A stretch of DNA of 64,000 nt from Felis catus (GCF_018350175.1 NC_058368.1:43340001-43404000); one strand, 5' to 3'. Shown: positions 39,744 to 53,139, counted from the stretch's first letter. Notes: a model not told the origin generated them from the letters alone. Made by a program: numbers and translations.

Positions 39744-41080
39744 TTGGGAGGGAGCCAAGATGGTGGAACAGCATGGAAGTTTTTGTGTGTCTCACCTCCA
39801 CAAAATACAGCCAGACCAACACTAAACTATCCTGCACACATAGAAAACTGATCTGAGGATTAACACAACATCTGCACAACCTGAACCACAGAATTCAGCA
39901 GGTATGCAGCACGGAGAAGTGATTTTGGGGAGAGAAGCTGCAAAGGGCAGGGAGGTACTTTGGCGGGAAGAAAGAGGACGGAGATGGTGGGGAGAATACG
40001 GGAAAAGCACCCCTCCCCAAAAATAGCTGGAGAGAAAGTGGAAAATTGGAAACAGCTGCAGGGAATAAACTAAAAAGGGAGAAAGGAAAAAGGAGAAAGG
40101 AGAGGGGTTAAATTCCATTAAGACTGTAAACAGGGCAAGCACAGAGTCTGCAACTCTGCAGCTCGATACCTGGCTGTGATCTAGTGGGAAGGGTGAATCC
40201 TCAGGAGCAGAGTGGGGTCCAGGAGGTTCTTAGACCACATGGGGAGAAGCGGTTCCGCTGCTGGAAGGACATTTGGTACAGACTGTGAGGCCAACTGGTC
40301 CCAGGAGACCCCAAAGACCGGCCACAGCCACATTCACTGGTGCTGGAACAAGGTCTTTAAGGGTGAAGACTGGTGCCAGATGTGTGTGTGGTGATTTTCC
40401 ATAATCCCTGAGGTGTTGCTGCTACACTGTCTCACAAGCTTTTTCTGGGACGGGCTCACACCTGGCTGTAGTCTCTTGGCATCTGCAGCAGCATGGTCCT
40501 GTGAATGTTGCTGGGTCCGGCCAGCATTTGGCCATTGCTCAGTGAGACCCTCCGCAGAGCAGAAGAACAGGTCAAAGCTGCAGTCCCTCAGAAGTAAGGG
40601 GCCAGGGAAAACATCCACATCTGAGACAAAACTCAGGAGAGGTACTACCTGGGGCTTTGTCATGGACAGTGTAAAAGTGGGGAGTGGACGAAAGCTGAAA
40701 AGGGAGGACAGGTGCGTGATTGCTGATCGAGGAGAACAGAGTTCTGATACTAGAGACTGGGTAGCTGGGTGACACCATTTTCACCACTCCTGCGCATGTG
40801 CATATGCACCTACAAGCACTACAACAATCCACCCCAGTAAGCTAAGCAGTGCCAGCTAGTGGAGAACAGAGCCATTACACTAAGCCCTGCCCAACTGGGC
40901 CAACCTCACTCTTCAAGAACAGAAGTCTAACCACCTGCTTAGTTTATGGACTATAAAGCACTTCATAGTCTGACTTCTAGGGGAAAACGAAGTAATTTCA
41001 GTCATATTACAGTCTGTTTGCAGGTCCCTCTATTCCATTTTCTTTTTTTTTTTTTCTTCTGTTTTCCATTTCTTTTCTTT

Positions 41081-41490
41081 TTCTTGAATACAGAAAGAGA
41101 AACAATTCATTTTTAATTTCAATTTTTATTAAAAATATTTTTCTTTAATTTTTTACTACAGTTTTTACTTTTGTAAATGTTTTCAAATTCTATTTTACTT
41201 CCATCATTTTGTTTTAGACTACTTCAGTGTATTCACTTTTTCAAATTTTCAAACTATTTCTTGTTGTTTTTTCTATCTTTTTAATTTCTTTTATTGTTCT
41301 TGAATACAGAAAGAGAAAAAATTCATTTTTATTTTTAATTTTTATTAAAAATATTTTTCTTTAATTTTTTTCTATATATTCTTTACTTTTGTGTAAATTT
41401 TCTCAAATTATATTTTACTTCCATCATTTCATTATAGTCTACTTGAGAGTATTCATTTTTTCAAACTTTCAAACAATTTCCTTTTTTTTC
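41081..41490 (+). repeat. two-copy ~216-bp T-rich tandem repeat in the L1 5' UTR
   Basis: ttcttgaatacagaaagaga at 41081 and 41297, with collinear downstream blocks (aaaaatatttttctttaatt, tattttacttccatcattt). Confidence 0.9.
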
Positions 41491-41681
41491 TTTCTTTTTT
41501 TCTCCCCGCTTTTTTCTCTATTCTATATAGCCACTTCAACACCCAAACCAAAACACACCTAGGATCTAGCATCATTTATTCCATTTTTTTTGTTTGTGTG
41601 TTTTTAATTTTAATTTTTTTTAATTTTAATTGTTTCAATTTTATTTTTTTCAACCTCATTAATTCATTTACTCCCTTCAAA

Positions 41682-42564
41682 ATGACAAAACAAAGGAATT
41701 CACCCCAAAAGAAAGAGCAGGAACAAACGACAGCCAGGGACTTAACCAACACAGATACAAGCAAGATGTCTGAACCAGAATTTAGAATCACGATAATAAG
41801 AATAATAGCTGGAGTCGAAAATAGATTAGAATCCCTTTCTGCAGAGATAAAAGAAGTAAAAACTAGTCAGGATGAAAAAAAATGCTGTAACTGAGCTGCA
41901 ATCATTAATGGATGCCACAGTGGCAAGGATGGATGAGGGAGAAAGGAGAATTAATGATATAGAGGACAAACTTATGGAGAATAATGAAGCAGAAAAAAAG
42001 AGGGAGATTAAGGCAAAAGAGCATGATTTAAGATTTAGAGAAATCAGTGACTCATTAAAAAGGGACAACATCAGAATCATAGGGGTCCCAGAAGAGGAAG
42101 AGAGAGGAGAGAAATAGGGGTAGAAGGGTTATGTGAGCAAATCATAGCAGAAAACTTTCCTAACTGGGAAAAAGACACAGATATCAAAATCCAGGAAGCA
42201 CAGAGGACTCCCATTAGACTCAACACAAGCAGACCATCAACAAGGCATATCATAGTCAAATTCACAAAATACCCAGGCAAAGAGAGAATCATGAAAGCAG
42301 CAAGGGAAAAGAAGTCCCTAACCTACAAGGGAAGACAGATCAGGTTTATAGGAGACCTATCCACAAACTTGGCAGGCCAGAAATGAGTGGCAGAATATAT
42401 TCAGTGTGCTGAATCAGAAAAATAGGCAGCCAAGAACTCTTTATCCAGCAAGGCTGTCATTCAAAATAGAAGGAGAGATAAATAGTTTCCCAGACAAACA
42501 AAAATTAAAGGAATTTGCGACCACTAAATCAGCCCTGCAAGAAATTTTAAGGGGGACTCTCTGA
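41682..42564 (+). pseudogene. L1 ORF1p, frameshifted
   Basis: MTKQRNSPQKKEQE..., coiled-coil segments and KRDNIRIIGVPEEEER split across frames. Confidence 0.9.
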
Positions 42565-42672
42565 GGGGAGAAAAATGAAATATAAATACATACATACATA
42601 CATACCAAAAGCAACAAAGATTAGAAAGGACCAGAGAACACTACCAGAAACTCCACCTCTACGAGCAACAAA

Positions 42673-45600
42673 ATGGCAATAAATTCAAATCTTTGAGTAC
42701 TCACTATAAATGTCAATGGACTCAATGCTCCAATCAAAAGACATAGGGTAACAGAATGGAGAAGAAAACAAGATCCATCTATATGCTGTTTACAAGACAC
42801 CCACTTTAGACCTAAAGACACCATCAGATTGAAAGTAAGGGGATGGAGAACCATCTATCATGCTAATGGCCAACAAAAGAAAGCTGGAGTAGCCATACTT
42901 ATATCAGACAATCTATATTTTAAAATAAAGACTGTATCAAGAGATGAAGAAGGGCATTATATCATAATTAAGGGGTCTATCCACCAAGAAGACCTAACAA
43001 TTGTAAACATTTATGTGCCAAATGTGGAGCACCCAAATATATAAATCTATTAATCATAAACATAAAGAAATTCATTGATAGTAATACCATAATAGTAGGA
43101 GACTTCAACACCCCACTCACAACAATGGACAGATCACCTAATCAAAAAATCAACAAGGAAACAATGGCTTTGAATGACACATTGGACCAGATGGGCTTAA
43201 CAGATATATTCAGAACATTTCATCCTAAAGCAGAATATACATTCTTCTCCAGTGCACATGGAATGTTCTCCAGAATAGACTGCATACTGGGACACAAATC
43301 AGCCCTCAGCAATTATAAAAAGATGGAGATCATACCGTGCATATTTTCAGACCACAACTCTATGAAACTCAAAGTCAATAACAAGAAAAAAATTTGGAAA
43401 GGTAACAAATACTTGGAGACAGAAGAACATCCTATTAAGGAATGAATGTGCTAACCAAGCAGTTAAAGAGGAAATTAAAAAGTATATGGAAGCCAATGAA
43501 AATGATAACACCACAACCCAAAACCTCTGGGATGCAGCAAAGGCAGTCATAAGAGGAAAGTATATAGCAATCCAGGCCTGCCTAAAGAAGTAAGAAAGAT
43601 CTCAGATACACAACCTAATGTTACGCCTTAAAGCACTGGAAAAAGAGCAGCAAATAATACCTAAAACCAGGAGAAGATAGGAAATAATAACGATTAGAGC
43701 AGAAATTAATGCTATTGAAACCAAGAAAATAGTAGAACAGATCAATGAAACCAGAAGCCGGTTCTTTGAAAGATATAACAAAACTGATAAACCACTAGCC
43801 AGTTTGATAAAAAAGTAAAAGGAAAGGACCCAAATAAATAAAATCAAGAATGAAAGAGGAGAGATCACCACCAACACAACAGAAATAAAAACAATAATAA
43901 GAGAATATTATGAGCAATTATATGCCAAAAATGGGCAATCTGGAAGAAATGGACAAATGCCTAGAAACATATACAACACCAAAACTGAAACAGGAAGAAA
44001 GAGAAAAATTGAACAGATCCTTAACCAGTAAGGAAATTGAATTAGTAATCAAAAATCTCCCAAAAAACAAGAATCCAGGGCCAGATGGCTTTCCAGGGGA
44101 ATTCTACCAAAAATTTAAGGAAGAGTTAACACCTATTCTCCTGAAGCTGTTCCAAAAAATAGAAATGGAAGCAAAACTTCCAAACTCTTTCTATGAACCC
44201 AGCATTACCTTGATTCCAAAACCAGACAGAGACCCCACTAAAAAGGAGAACTATAGACCAATTTCCCTGATGAACATGGATGCAAAAATCCTCAACAAGG
44301 TATTAGCCAACTGGATCCAACAATACATTAAAACAGTTATTCACCACGACCAAGCGGGATTGATACCTGGGATGCAGGGCTGGTTCAACATCCACAAAAC
44401 AATTAATGTGATTCATCACATCAATAAAAGGAAGGACAAGAACCATATGATCCTTTCAATGGATGGAGAGAAAGCATTTGACAAAGTACAACATCCTTTC
44501 TTGATAAAAACCCTCAAGAAAGTAGGGATAGAAGGATCATACCTCGAGATCATAAAAGCCATATATGAACAACCCAACACTAATATCATCCTCAATGGGG
44601 AAAAACTGAGAACTTCCCCCTAAGGTCAGGATCAAGACAGGGATGTCCACTCTTGCCACTGTTATTCAACACAGTATTGGAAGTCTTAGCCTCTGCAATC
44701 AGAACACAAAGAAATAAAAGGCATCCAAATTGGCCAGGAGGAGGTGAAAGTTTCACTCTTCGCAGATGATATGATACTCTATAAGGAAAACCCAAAAGAT
44801 TCCACCAAAAAACTGCTAGAACTGACTAATGAAGGGTATAAAATCAATGCACAGAAATTGGTTGCATTCCTATACACCAACAATGAAGCAACAGAAAGAG
44901 AAATCAAGGAATAAACCCCATTTACAGTTACACAAAAAACCATAAAATACCTAGGAATAAATCTAACTCAAGAGGTGAAAAATCTATACACTGAAAACTA
45001 TAGAAAGCTTATCAAAGAAATTGAAGAAGACACAATGAAATGGAAAAAGATTCCATGCTCCTGGATAGGAAGAACAAATATTGTTAAGATGTTGATACTA
45101 CTCAAAGCAATCTACATACTCAATGCAATCCCTATCAAAATAACACCAACATTCTTCACAGAGCTAGAACAAATAACCCTAAAATTTGTATGGAACCAGA
45201 AAAGACCCCGAATAGCCAATGCAATCTTGAAAAAGAAAAGCAAAGCAGGAGGTATCACAATCCCGGACTTCAAGCTATACAACAAGGCTGTAATCATCAA
45301 GACAGTATGGTACTGGCACAAGCACAGACACTCCGATCAATGGAACAGGACAGAGAACCCAGAAATGGACCCACAAATGTATGGCCAACAAATCTCTGAC
45401 AAAGCAGGAAAGAACATCCCATGGAATAAAGGCAGTCTCTTCAGCAAGTGGTGCTGGGAAGACTGGACAGCGACATGCAGAGGAATGGACCTGGACCACT
45501 TTCTTACACCACACACAAAAATAAACTCAAAATGGATGAAAGACCTCAATGTAAGACAAGAAGACATCAAAATCCTTGAGGAAAAAACAGGCAAAAACCT

Positions 45601-46462
45601 CTTTGATCTTGGCCACAGCAACTTCTTACTCAACACTCTCCGGAGGCAAGGGAAACAAAAGCAAAAATGAATTACTGGGACCTCATCAAAATAAAAACCT
45701 TCTGAACAGCAAAGGAAACAATCAGCAAAACTAAAAGGCAACCAATAGAATGGGAGGAGATATTTGCAAATGACATATCAGATAAAGAGTTAGTATCCAA
45801 AATCTATAAAGAGTCTATCAAGCTCAACACCCCAAAAACAAATAATCCAGTGAAGAAATGGGCAAAAGACATGAACAGACACTTCTCCAAAGAAGACATC
45901 CAGATGGCCAACTGACACCTGAAAAAAATGTTCAACTTCACTCATCATCAGGGAAATACAAATCAAAACCACAATGAGATAGCACCTTACACCTGTCAGA
46001 ATGGCTAACATCAACAACTCAGGCAACAACAGATATTGGTGAGGGTGCGGAGAAAGGATCTCTTTTGCACTTTTGGTGGCAATGCAAGCTGGTACAGCCA
46101 CTCTGGAAAACAGTATGGAGGTTCCTCAAAAAACTAAAAATAGAATTACCCTAGACCCAGCAATTGCACTACTAGGCATTTATCCAAGGGATACAGGTGT
46201 GCTGTTTTGAAGGGACACATGTACCCCCATGTTTATAGCAGCACTATCAACAACAGCCAAAGTATGGAAAGAGCCCAAATGTCCATCGATGGATGAATGG
46301 ATAAAGAAGAAGTGGTATATATATACAATGGAGTATTACTCGGCAATCAAAAAGAATGAAATCTTGCCATTTTCAACTACGTGGATGGAACTGGAGGGTA
46401 TTATGCTAAGTGAGACTAGTCAGTCAGAGAAAGACAAAAATCATATGACTTCACTCATATGA
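42673..46462 (+). pseudogene. L1 ORF2p (endonuclease, reverse transcriptase, C-terminal domain), disrupted
   Basis: [56 protein letters not shown] at 44759-44770, KVWKEPKCPS; multiple stops and frameshifts. Confidence 0.95.
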
Positions 46463-46720
46463 GGACTTAAGAGACAAAACAGATAAACATAAGGGAGGGA
46501 TACAAAAATAATGTAAAAACAGGGCGGGGGACAAAACATAAGAGACTCAGGAGAACAAACTGAGGGTTACGGGAGGAGTTGCGGGAGGGGGAATGGGATA
46601 AATGGGTAAGGGGCACTAAGGAATCTACTCCTGAAATCATTGCTGCACTATATGCTAACTAATTTGGATGCGTATTAAAAATAAATACATAATGAATTAA
46701 AAAAAAGAATTAAAATCCAG

Positions 46721-47190
46721 ATCTTAAAGAGATATATGTATACCTATGTTCACCGAACCACTATTCACAATAGCAAGATGTGGAAACAACCTAAATGCTT
46801 ATCAACAGATAAATGGCTAAAGAATGCGGTATACACATAACAGAACATTATTCAGCCCTAAAAAAGAAAATCCTATAATACGTGACATCATTGAGGACAT
46901 TAAAATAAACCTGTCCACAGAATAAAAAAATACTGCATGATTTCACTTATATGAGATGATTAAAATAGTTAAATCCATAGAATAAAAGAGTAGAATGGTG
47001 GTTTTCCAGGGAATAAGTCAGGGGGACCTGGAAGATTACCAATGGACATAAAGTTTCAGTAAAGCAAGATAAAATAAGCCCTAGAGATCTTGAACAACAT
47101 TGTACCTGTTGTCAACTATAATGTACACGTAAAAAACTGCTAATGGGGTAGGTCTTATGTGAAGTGCTCTTAGCACAGTAAGTTTTTTTT
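46721..47190 (+). mobile_element. older L1 (L1MA/MB-like) 3' end, right part
   Basis: tgtggaaacaacctaaatg...atactgcatgatttcacttatatgag...gtaggtcttatgtgaagtgctcttagcaca. Confidence 0.85.
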
Positions 47191-47199
47191 AAAAAGTAG

Positions 47200-48720
47200 A
47201 CTAGTCATAATACTTAATGATGACACTTAATAGGCTTTCACATCAAAATAATGAAAAGGTATGCATGGTTCTATTATTGCTATTTTACATATTATTAACG
47301 ATGTCTAGGTGAGTAAAATGAGAAAAAAAAAATGACCTGAGGAATACCTTTTAGGAAGGAAAAGATCAAAGATCCTTTTCCTCTTATGAAATGGAGACAG
47401 AAGAGTTGCATGTGAGGACTAAAACATGATCGTCCCCAAATATTTTCCAACGAAGGCTACTAGAAAGCATGAGTCAATGAATATATCAAAGAGGGTCCTT
47501 TCGAATCCATGGAGGAAGACTGGATTATTTAAAATATGATAGTGATACAATCAGTTTTTTTACAGAAAAAAAATTAGATATATGCCCTATACAATTGGAA
47601 ACTGCCTTAAATATGAAGATCAAATCTTTGAAACTGATATAAATTATAGAAGACTACCTTATGCCCCCAATAAAATTATAGAGAACAACACAGCTTACTG
47701 AGGTGAGAATGGATTAACTTAAATACAATAATTTAAAATTTTCTTTACAAAATGTCATCATAAGGAAAGTAAAATTATATGCCTCAGAATGGAACAAATT
47801 ATTTTGCCAAATATTAACACAAGCAAAAAAAAAAAAAAAAAAAACTAAACAGAACAAAAACACAAGAAAAAAGAAAAAGAAATTGAATAAAGGAAATGAA
47901 CAAATGATTCATCCAAAAGAGAGTTTTATATGAGAAGATGCTCAGCCTCATTAAATAATTAGGAAAATGTAAATCAAAACCTTGAGAAATCATTTTATAT
48001 GAGACCTTTAGCAATCTCTAGCAATACTTAAACTGTATAATAAATCTAAGTTTTTGAGATATGCTTAGATGATACTAGTAGAATTCAGAATTTTTACAAA
48101 TTTTTTGGATGGGAAACTGGAAATTGATAATACTGAAAGATAATGAACTACCTTATCTACTTGAATAAAGATCCTAAAGAGAAATTCTCACACATTCATC
48201 ATCAGACCATTGTTTGTTGAAACAAAATAACTTAGTACAATAGGAAAATTGACAAATAAAGTATATATTTTACAGGAAATCATATACAGAATTTAAGTGA
48301 TATACAAAGTATATCAGAACAGATAAATTCCAAAAACATGATGTTGAATTGAAAATTACACTATGGAATGATAGGTATTCTGCAAAATATAATTACTTTA
48401 AAAAAATTCAGTGGGACACCTGGGTGGCTCAGTTGGTTAAGTGTCTGACTCTTGGTTTCGGCTCAGGTCGTGGATTTCTTGCTTTGTGTGAGGTTGAGCC
48501 CTGCATCAGGAGCCCTGACAGCTTGGAGGCTGCTTGGGAGCCTGCTTGGGATTCTCTCTCTCTTTTTCTCTCAAAAAATAAATAAATAAACTTAATAAAA
48601 AATTCGGAAGTAGAAATAGTATAAAGACATGCAAAGAAATGTTAAATATCAAATTTATTCTAGTGATTAGCTAAAGAAAGAAAAAGGAGAGGATAATGCT
48701 TGACTGCTTCTATTACCTTG
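47200..48720 (+). mobile_element. ancient L1 (L1ME-like) relic, right part
   Basis: cataatacttaatgatgacacttaataggctttc (NIILNGE-like), aagatgctcagcctcattaaataattaggaaaatgtaaatcaaaac. Confidence 0.55.
48413..48596 (+). mobile_element. Can-SINE
   Basis: gggacacctgggtggctcagttggttaag head; flanks aaaaaattcag / aaaaaattcgg. Confidence 0.93.
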
Positions 48721-49539
48721 TATAAAAATACTAGAAAGGAAGATACTGGATATCATGGTTATTTTTCTTCTCTTGGAGATTATTTTAATGAAGATAATTT
48801 CAGCAGAAAACAATAATTACAGTATTAAGATAGCCAATTAGTTACTATGCATTTGCTGTGATATAAAGGTCTCTAAAAGCACTAAATACTTGCTTCCAGT
48901 TAATTTTAAAGATCTTTGGTTCATTGTTACAATTTAATTTCTAAAGTAATTTCCATGCTAATTAAAACCTTTAGTACCTACACTGGAGGATCCTATCAAA
49001 AGTAACTTAATTTTTTATGAATCTGGAAAATAAATCTAGCCTTTAAAAGATCTGAAGTAATAAAATGTGATATTTGGGAAGCACTGGATTACAATGATAA
49101 GAATAGTTTTCTCATAAGCCACTTTTTCATTTTACCCTTTCCCCTTAAGTAAAATTAATTATCAAGAGACCGTTAAACCACATGTGAATTTATAAGAACA
49201 AATATTTGGAAACAAGCCCTTGTGATCTTTCCTTATTTTCCAAGTAATCATAAGCCCTTTTTCAAAGGAGATATTTATGATCAGTTTCAAATTCCCATAC
49301 TAAAAAGATGTTAAATGATTTGTATCTAAATGGTATTCATCAAACAGCTGCATTATTCCATATTCTGCTGGAATTTGAGGCTAAAAACAGGTGAAAAGGT
49401 GTAGTCCCTGTCTTCAGGCACCCAAATAAGATTAATTTATTTGACTGATATTGATAATAGCATAATCAAGGAAATACAAAAGAATATATTCTATAACTCT
49501 TAACAAAATCAAATCTGTTCTAGTATAACTATATGATTC

Positions 49540-49745
49540 AAACCATCAGTCTTGGGCTCTGTCACACACTAATTATTTGACCTTGAAAAATATATAGCTC
49601 TTTTAAGCCTTGATTTCTTCATTGGTAAAATGAAACTAATAATACCTCATAGGATTATTAGAATGAAATGATATGATCTATTATTATACTATAGTACATA
49701 GTACAATGCTTGGAACAACAGCAACACTCTTAATTATTGTTACTA
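49540..49745 (+). mobile_element. MIR SINE
   Basis: tgaccttgaaaaa...gccttgatttcttcattggtaaaatgaaactaataatacctcataggattatt. Confidence 0.7.
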
Positions 49746-49788
49746 GGTTTGCAATTCAAAATTTTAACATGTCAGCAAGATTACTTTT

Positions 49789-50011
49789 TTTTTTTAATAT
49801 ATTTTTTTTCAACGTTTATTTATTTTTGCGACAGAGAGAGACAGAGCATGAATGGGGGAGGGGCAGAGAGAGAGGGAGACACAGAATCGGAAACAGGCTC
49901 CAGGCTCTGAGCCATCAGCCCAGAGCCCGACGCGGGGCTCGAACTCACGGACTGCGAGATCGTGACCTGGCTGAAGTCGGACGCTTAACTGACTGCACCA
50001 CCCAGGCGCCC
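49789..50011 (-). mobile_element. SINEC_Fc, very young
   Basis: TSD caagattactttt at 49776-49788 and 50012-50024. Confidence 0.97.
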
Positions 50012-50181
50012 CAAGATTACTTTTAATAAGATTATTTTTATGCAATACATTATAGGTTGATTATTTAAATGAGAGCTTAATTTGTGAATATATCTCTTAT
50101 CTTTAATTATTTGTAAAAAATCTAAGTTAAAATATGCAGTTCATCCCACCAACATGGTCTTCATAAATGAGCTGCATTTTG

Positions 50182-50411
50182 TTTTTTTTTTTAAATTTTT
50201 TTTTTTTTCAACGTTTATTTATTTTTGGGACAGAGAGAGACAGAGCACGAACGGGGGACGGGCAGAGAGAGAGGGAGACACAGAATCGGAAACAGGCTCC
50301 AGGCTCTGAGCCATCAGCCCAGAGCCCGACGCGGGGCTCAAACTCACGGACCGTGAGATCGTGACCTGGCTGAAGTCGGACGCTTAACCGACTGCGCCAC
50401 CCAGGCGCCCC
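50182..50411 (-). mobile_element. SINEC_Fc, very young
   Basis: Perfect 16-bp TSD aatgagctgcattttg at 50166-50181 and 50412-50427. Confidence 0.97.
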
Positions 50412-51321
50412 AATGAGCTGCATTTTGAATTAAGCTCTCTGCAACTGCAGTTTTAAAATAACATATTGTGAAATACGTGTCATATATGTGGAAAAAATCC
50501 AGTTCTATTATTTACATTGAAATGAAAGGAAGATCAAAAAGGATAAATAGCACAGAAAATGACCCATTGGCAGTGTTCTAAAAAAGAAACTTGCACCAAT
50601 TTAACAAAAATAGTATCAGTTATAGGCACACTTTTGTTATAATTAAATATTTGATTATCAAGCTTCAAATTTGATATTACCATATGAGCATTTATGTAAG
50701 ACAGTAAGCTATAGAGTAAAACATGAAAAAAATAAGAAGGAAGTTAGTTATGAATCACAGCAAAACTGGCAAAGAATCTCAAACTGTGAAACAGCATATT
50801 CACCACTAGGAATACCATGAGTCTTAGAAAAGAGGACTGATTAAAATGTCTTGTTATACAGTACCTTGCATATCCTTTTGTGTAGTACAGTTGCCTTTGT
50901 AAATCTTTTAACCCTGGAACACCTGGGCTGCATATGTATTCATTTATGAATGTAATAAATTTCTTTAAGTGACTCCTGTGTACCTGACATTCCAGTAGAT
51001 GACTTCATAGATTCTTAGGTTTATTTTGAATCTTATATAACTGCTACAGTTCTTAATGCACAGTAGATACTCAGCAAAAACTTGTGATTGGTCAATAAAT
51101 GAATAAAGGCAATAGGTACTAGCTGGTTTAGACTGGGGGGAAAATAAATAAATTTTAAAAAAGCCAACACTGCTACATTAGGTTAATTAGCAGCCAAAAT
51201 CAGTTTAGGGTAGATAACTTGAAATAAAATCATAGTAACTATGCCAGTAAAAAATACAGATATGAAAAGAATATGAAAAAATCAATTATGCAGATTAAAA
51301 GACCAAAATAGGCCCTTACAA

Positions 51322-51627
51322 CTCTTTTGCCTCTTGTGAATAATGTTCTAGTGAACATTTGTGCACAAGGTTTCCACTGGCACTTTTATTTCTCTTGAGC
51401 AGATACCTAAGAATATATTTGTTGAATAATATGGTAACTCTACATTTAATATTTTGAGAAATTGCCAAGCTGTTTTCCAAAGTGTCTACACCATTTCATA
51501 TTCCCACCAGCAACATATGAGACTTCTAATTTTTCCACATTCTCCTCAACACTTATTGCCTTTTTTAAAAAATAGCTATTTTGATGGGTCTGAATAAGTA
51601 TCTAATTATAGTTTTAATATGTATTTC
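51322..51627 (-). mobile_element. L1MB-like fragment, inverted 5' part
   Basis: gaataatgttctagtgaacatttgtg...atatggtaactcta...cattttcatattcccaccagcaac-like motifs of reverse L1. Confidence 0.8.
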
Positions 51628-51982
51628 AAAATGTCCATCAACGGATAAATAAATAAAATGGTGCATATCCATGTAATGGGAAATTATCCAGCAATAAAAA
51701 TAAATGAAGGTATATGTGCTACAATATGGATGAACCTCAAAGAATTACACTAAGTGAAAGAAGTCAATCACAAAAGACCACATATTATATGATTCTATTT
51801 GTATCAAACATCCAAATAAGCAAATCTAGGTAGCAAGGAATAGGTAGTGGTTACCTAGGTTTGGGGGACTGGGTAGGTACAGATGAGAGGGAACAAGGAG
51901 TGACTGTTAAAGGGTACAAATTCTGGTTTTGGCATGATGAACTGTTCTAAAATTAGATTATGGTGGTGCCTAAAACCATAAA

Positions 51983-52221
51983 AGTCATAAAAACCATGAA
52001 ACCAAATGGTGATGGCTAAAAGCCACAAAAACCAAGATTCAACTATAAAGAACAAATAAGGTTACTGGAAGGGAGTTGGGTGGGAGTATGGGTGAAATAG
52101 GTGTTGAAGATTAAGGTGTGTACTTGTTGTGGGTGATTTATGGAAATGTTAAATTGCTGTATTGTATCAAACTAATTTAACACTGTATGTTAATTATACT
52201 GAAATTAAAATTTGAAAAAAA
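51983..52221 (+). mobile_element. short carnivore L1 3' fragment
   Basis: gggtgaaataggtgttgaagattaag...aactaatttaacactgtatgttaattatactgaaatt plus A tail; TSD aaaaccataaa at 51972-51982 and 52222-52232. Confidence 0.75.
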
Positions 52222-52279
52222 AAAACCATAAATAACAACCATATGGTGATATACTAAAAACCTTTGAATTGTTAATTTT

Positions 52280-52500
52280 TTTTTAATTTTTTTTCAACGT
52301 TTTTTATTTATTTTTGGGACAGAGAGAGACAGAGCATGAACGGGGGAGGGGCAGAGAGAGAGGGAGACACAGAATCGGAAACAGGCTCCAGGCTCTGAGC
52401 CATCAGCCCAGAGCCCGACGCGGGGCTCGAACTCACGGACCGCGAGATCGTGACCTGGCTGAAGTCGGACGCTTAACCGACTGCGCCACCCAGGCGTCCC
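52280..52500 (-). mobile_element. SINEC_Fc, very young
   Basis: Perfect 15-bp TSD tgaattgttaatttt at 52265-52279 and 52501-52515. Confidence 0.97.
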
Positions 52501-53139
52501 TGAATTGTTAATTTTAAGAAGATGACCTTTCTGGTATGTAAGTCATATACTAATAAAATCTATAAAGTATGAATTTTAACATTTAAATAAAATTTAATTA
52601 AAATTAAATAATTAAAAATTATAAATTATTTCAACAATTATTTTTGTGGATATTACATTCTGTGTTTCAAAGTTCGTGAGTAATTCAATCCTTTACTCAC
52701 TAAATATGACTGAGAACGTTTAACGTGTCAGGTACTATGGCATATATTAGAACAACAGTAATGAAATAGAAAAACATTTTCCTGTCATTATGCAGCTTAA
52801 AAATTCTTAACACCTCTGCAAACATCACTGATTATTATGTCTAAGCAGAAGAACCCTTTCTTCAAAGGAACTTTTGTGTATGGACATGTAATAGAAGTGC
52901 TATTCTTATTGAATCAAGGGAGCCTTACCCATTCATCTTGCTCCAAGCCACCTTTATGCGCTATGTGAAACCTTTTGATTTTTTTTAAATTTATGACACA
53001 AGTGAAAATTAGTACACTTTCATATAATTTTTGGTCCAGTTTTATCTAAAAATTTATAATATCCCAAAGATAGATAATGCCATTGTAATTATAAATAAGC
53101 TTTATAATTCTTCAATTTGTTCTCTTATGATTTAGATTT

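Larger units (their letters stand above)
39744..46702 (+). mobile_element. full-length felid L1 (5'UTR-ORF1-ORF2-3'UTR), inactivated
   Basis: Starts gggagggagccaagatgg (YY1-type L1 head); ORF1 and ORF2 fragments; G-rich 3' UTR; perfect 18-bp TSD aaaagaattaaaatccag at 39726-39743 and 46703-46720. Confidence 0.97.
51628..52565 (+). mobile_element. L1MB-like 3' end containing a nested L1 fragment and a SINE
   Basis: aaatgtccatcaacggat...atggatgaacctcaa...aagtgaaagaagtcaatcacaaaagaccacatattatatgattc...tgttctaaaattagatt. Confidence 0.85.

Noticed and set aside
43910..45670. 237-aa and 231-aa RT-like ORFs as an active or domesticated gene
   Set aside because: They are fragments of L1 ORF2 broken by stops, frameshifts and a small deletion near 44830.
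36784..52511. Recurrent near-identical ORFs (GAPGWRSRLSVRLQPGHDL..., MAQSV...)
   Set aside because: These are translations of Can-SINE copies, not a gene family.
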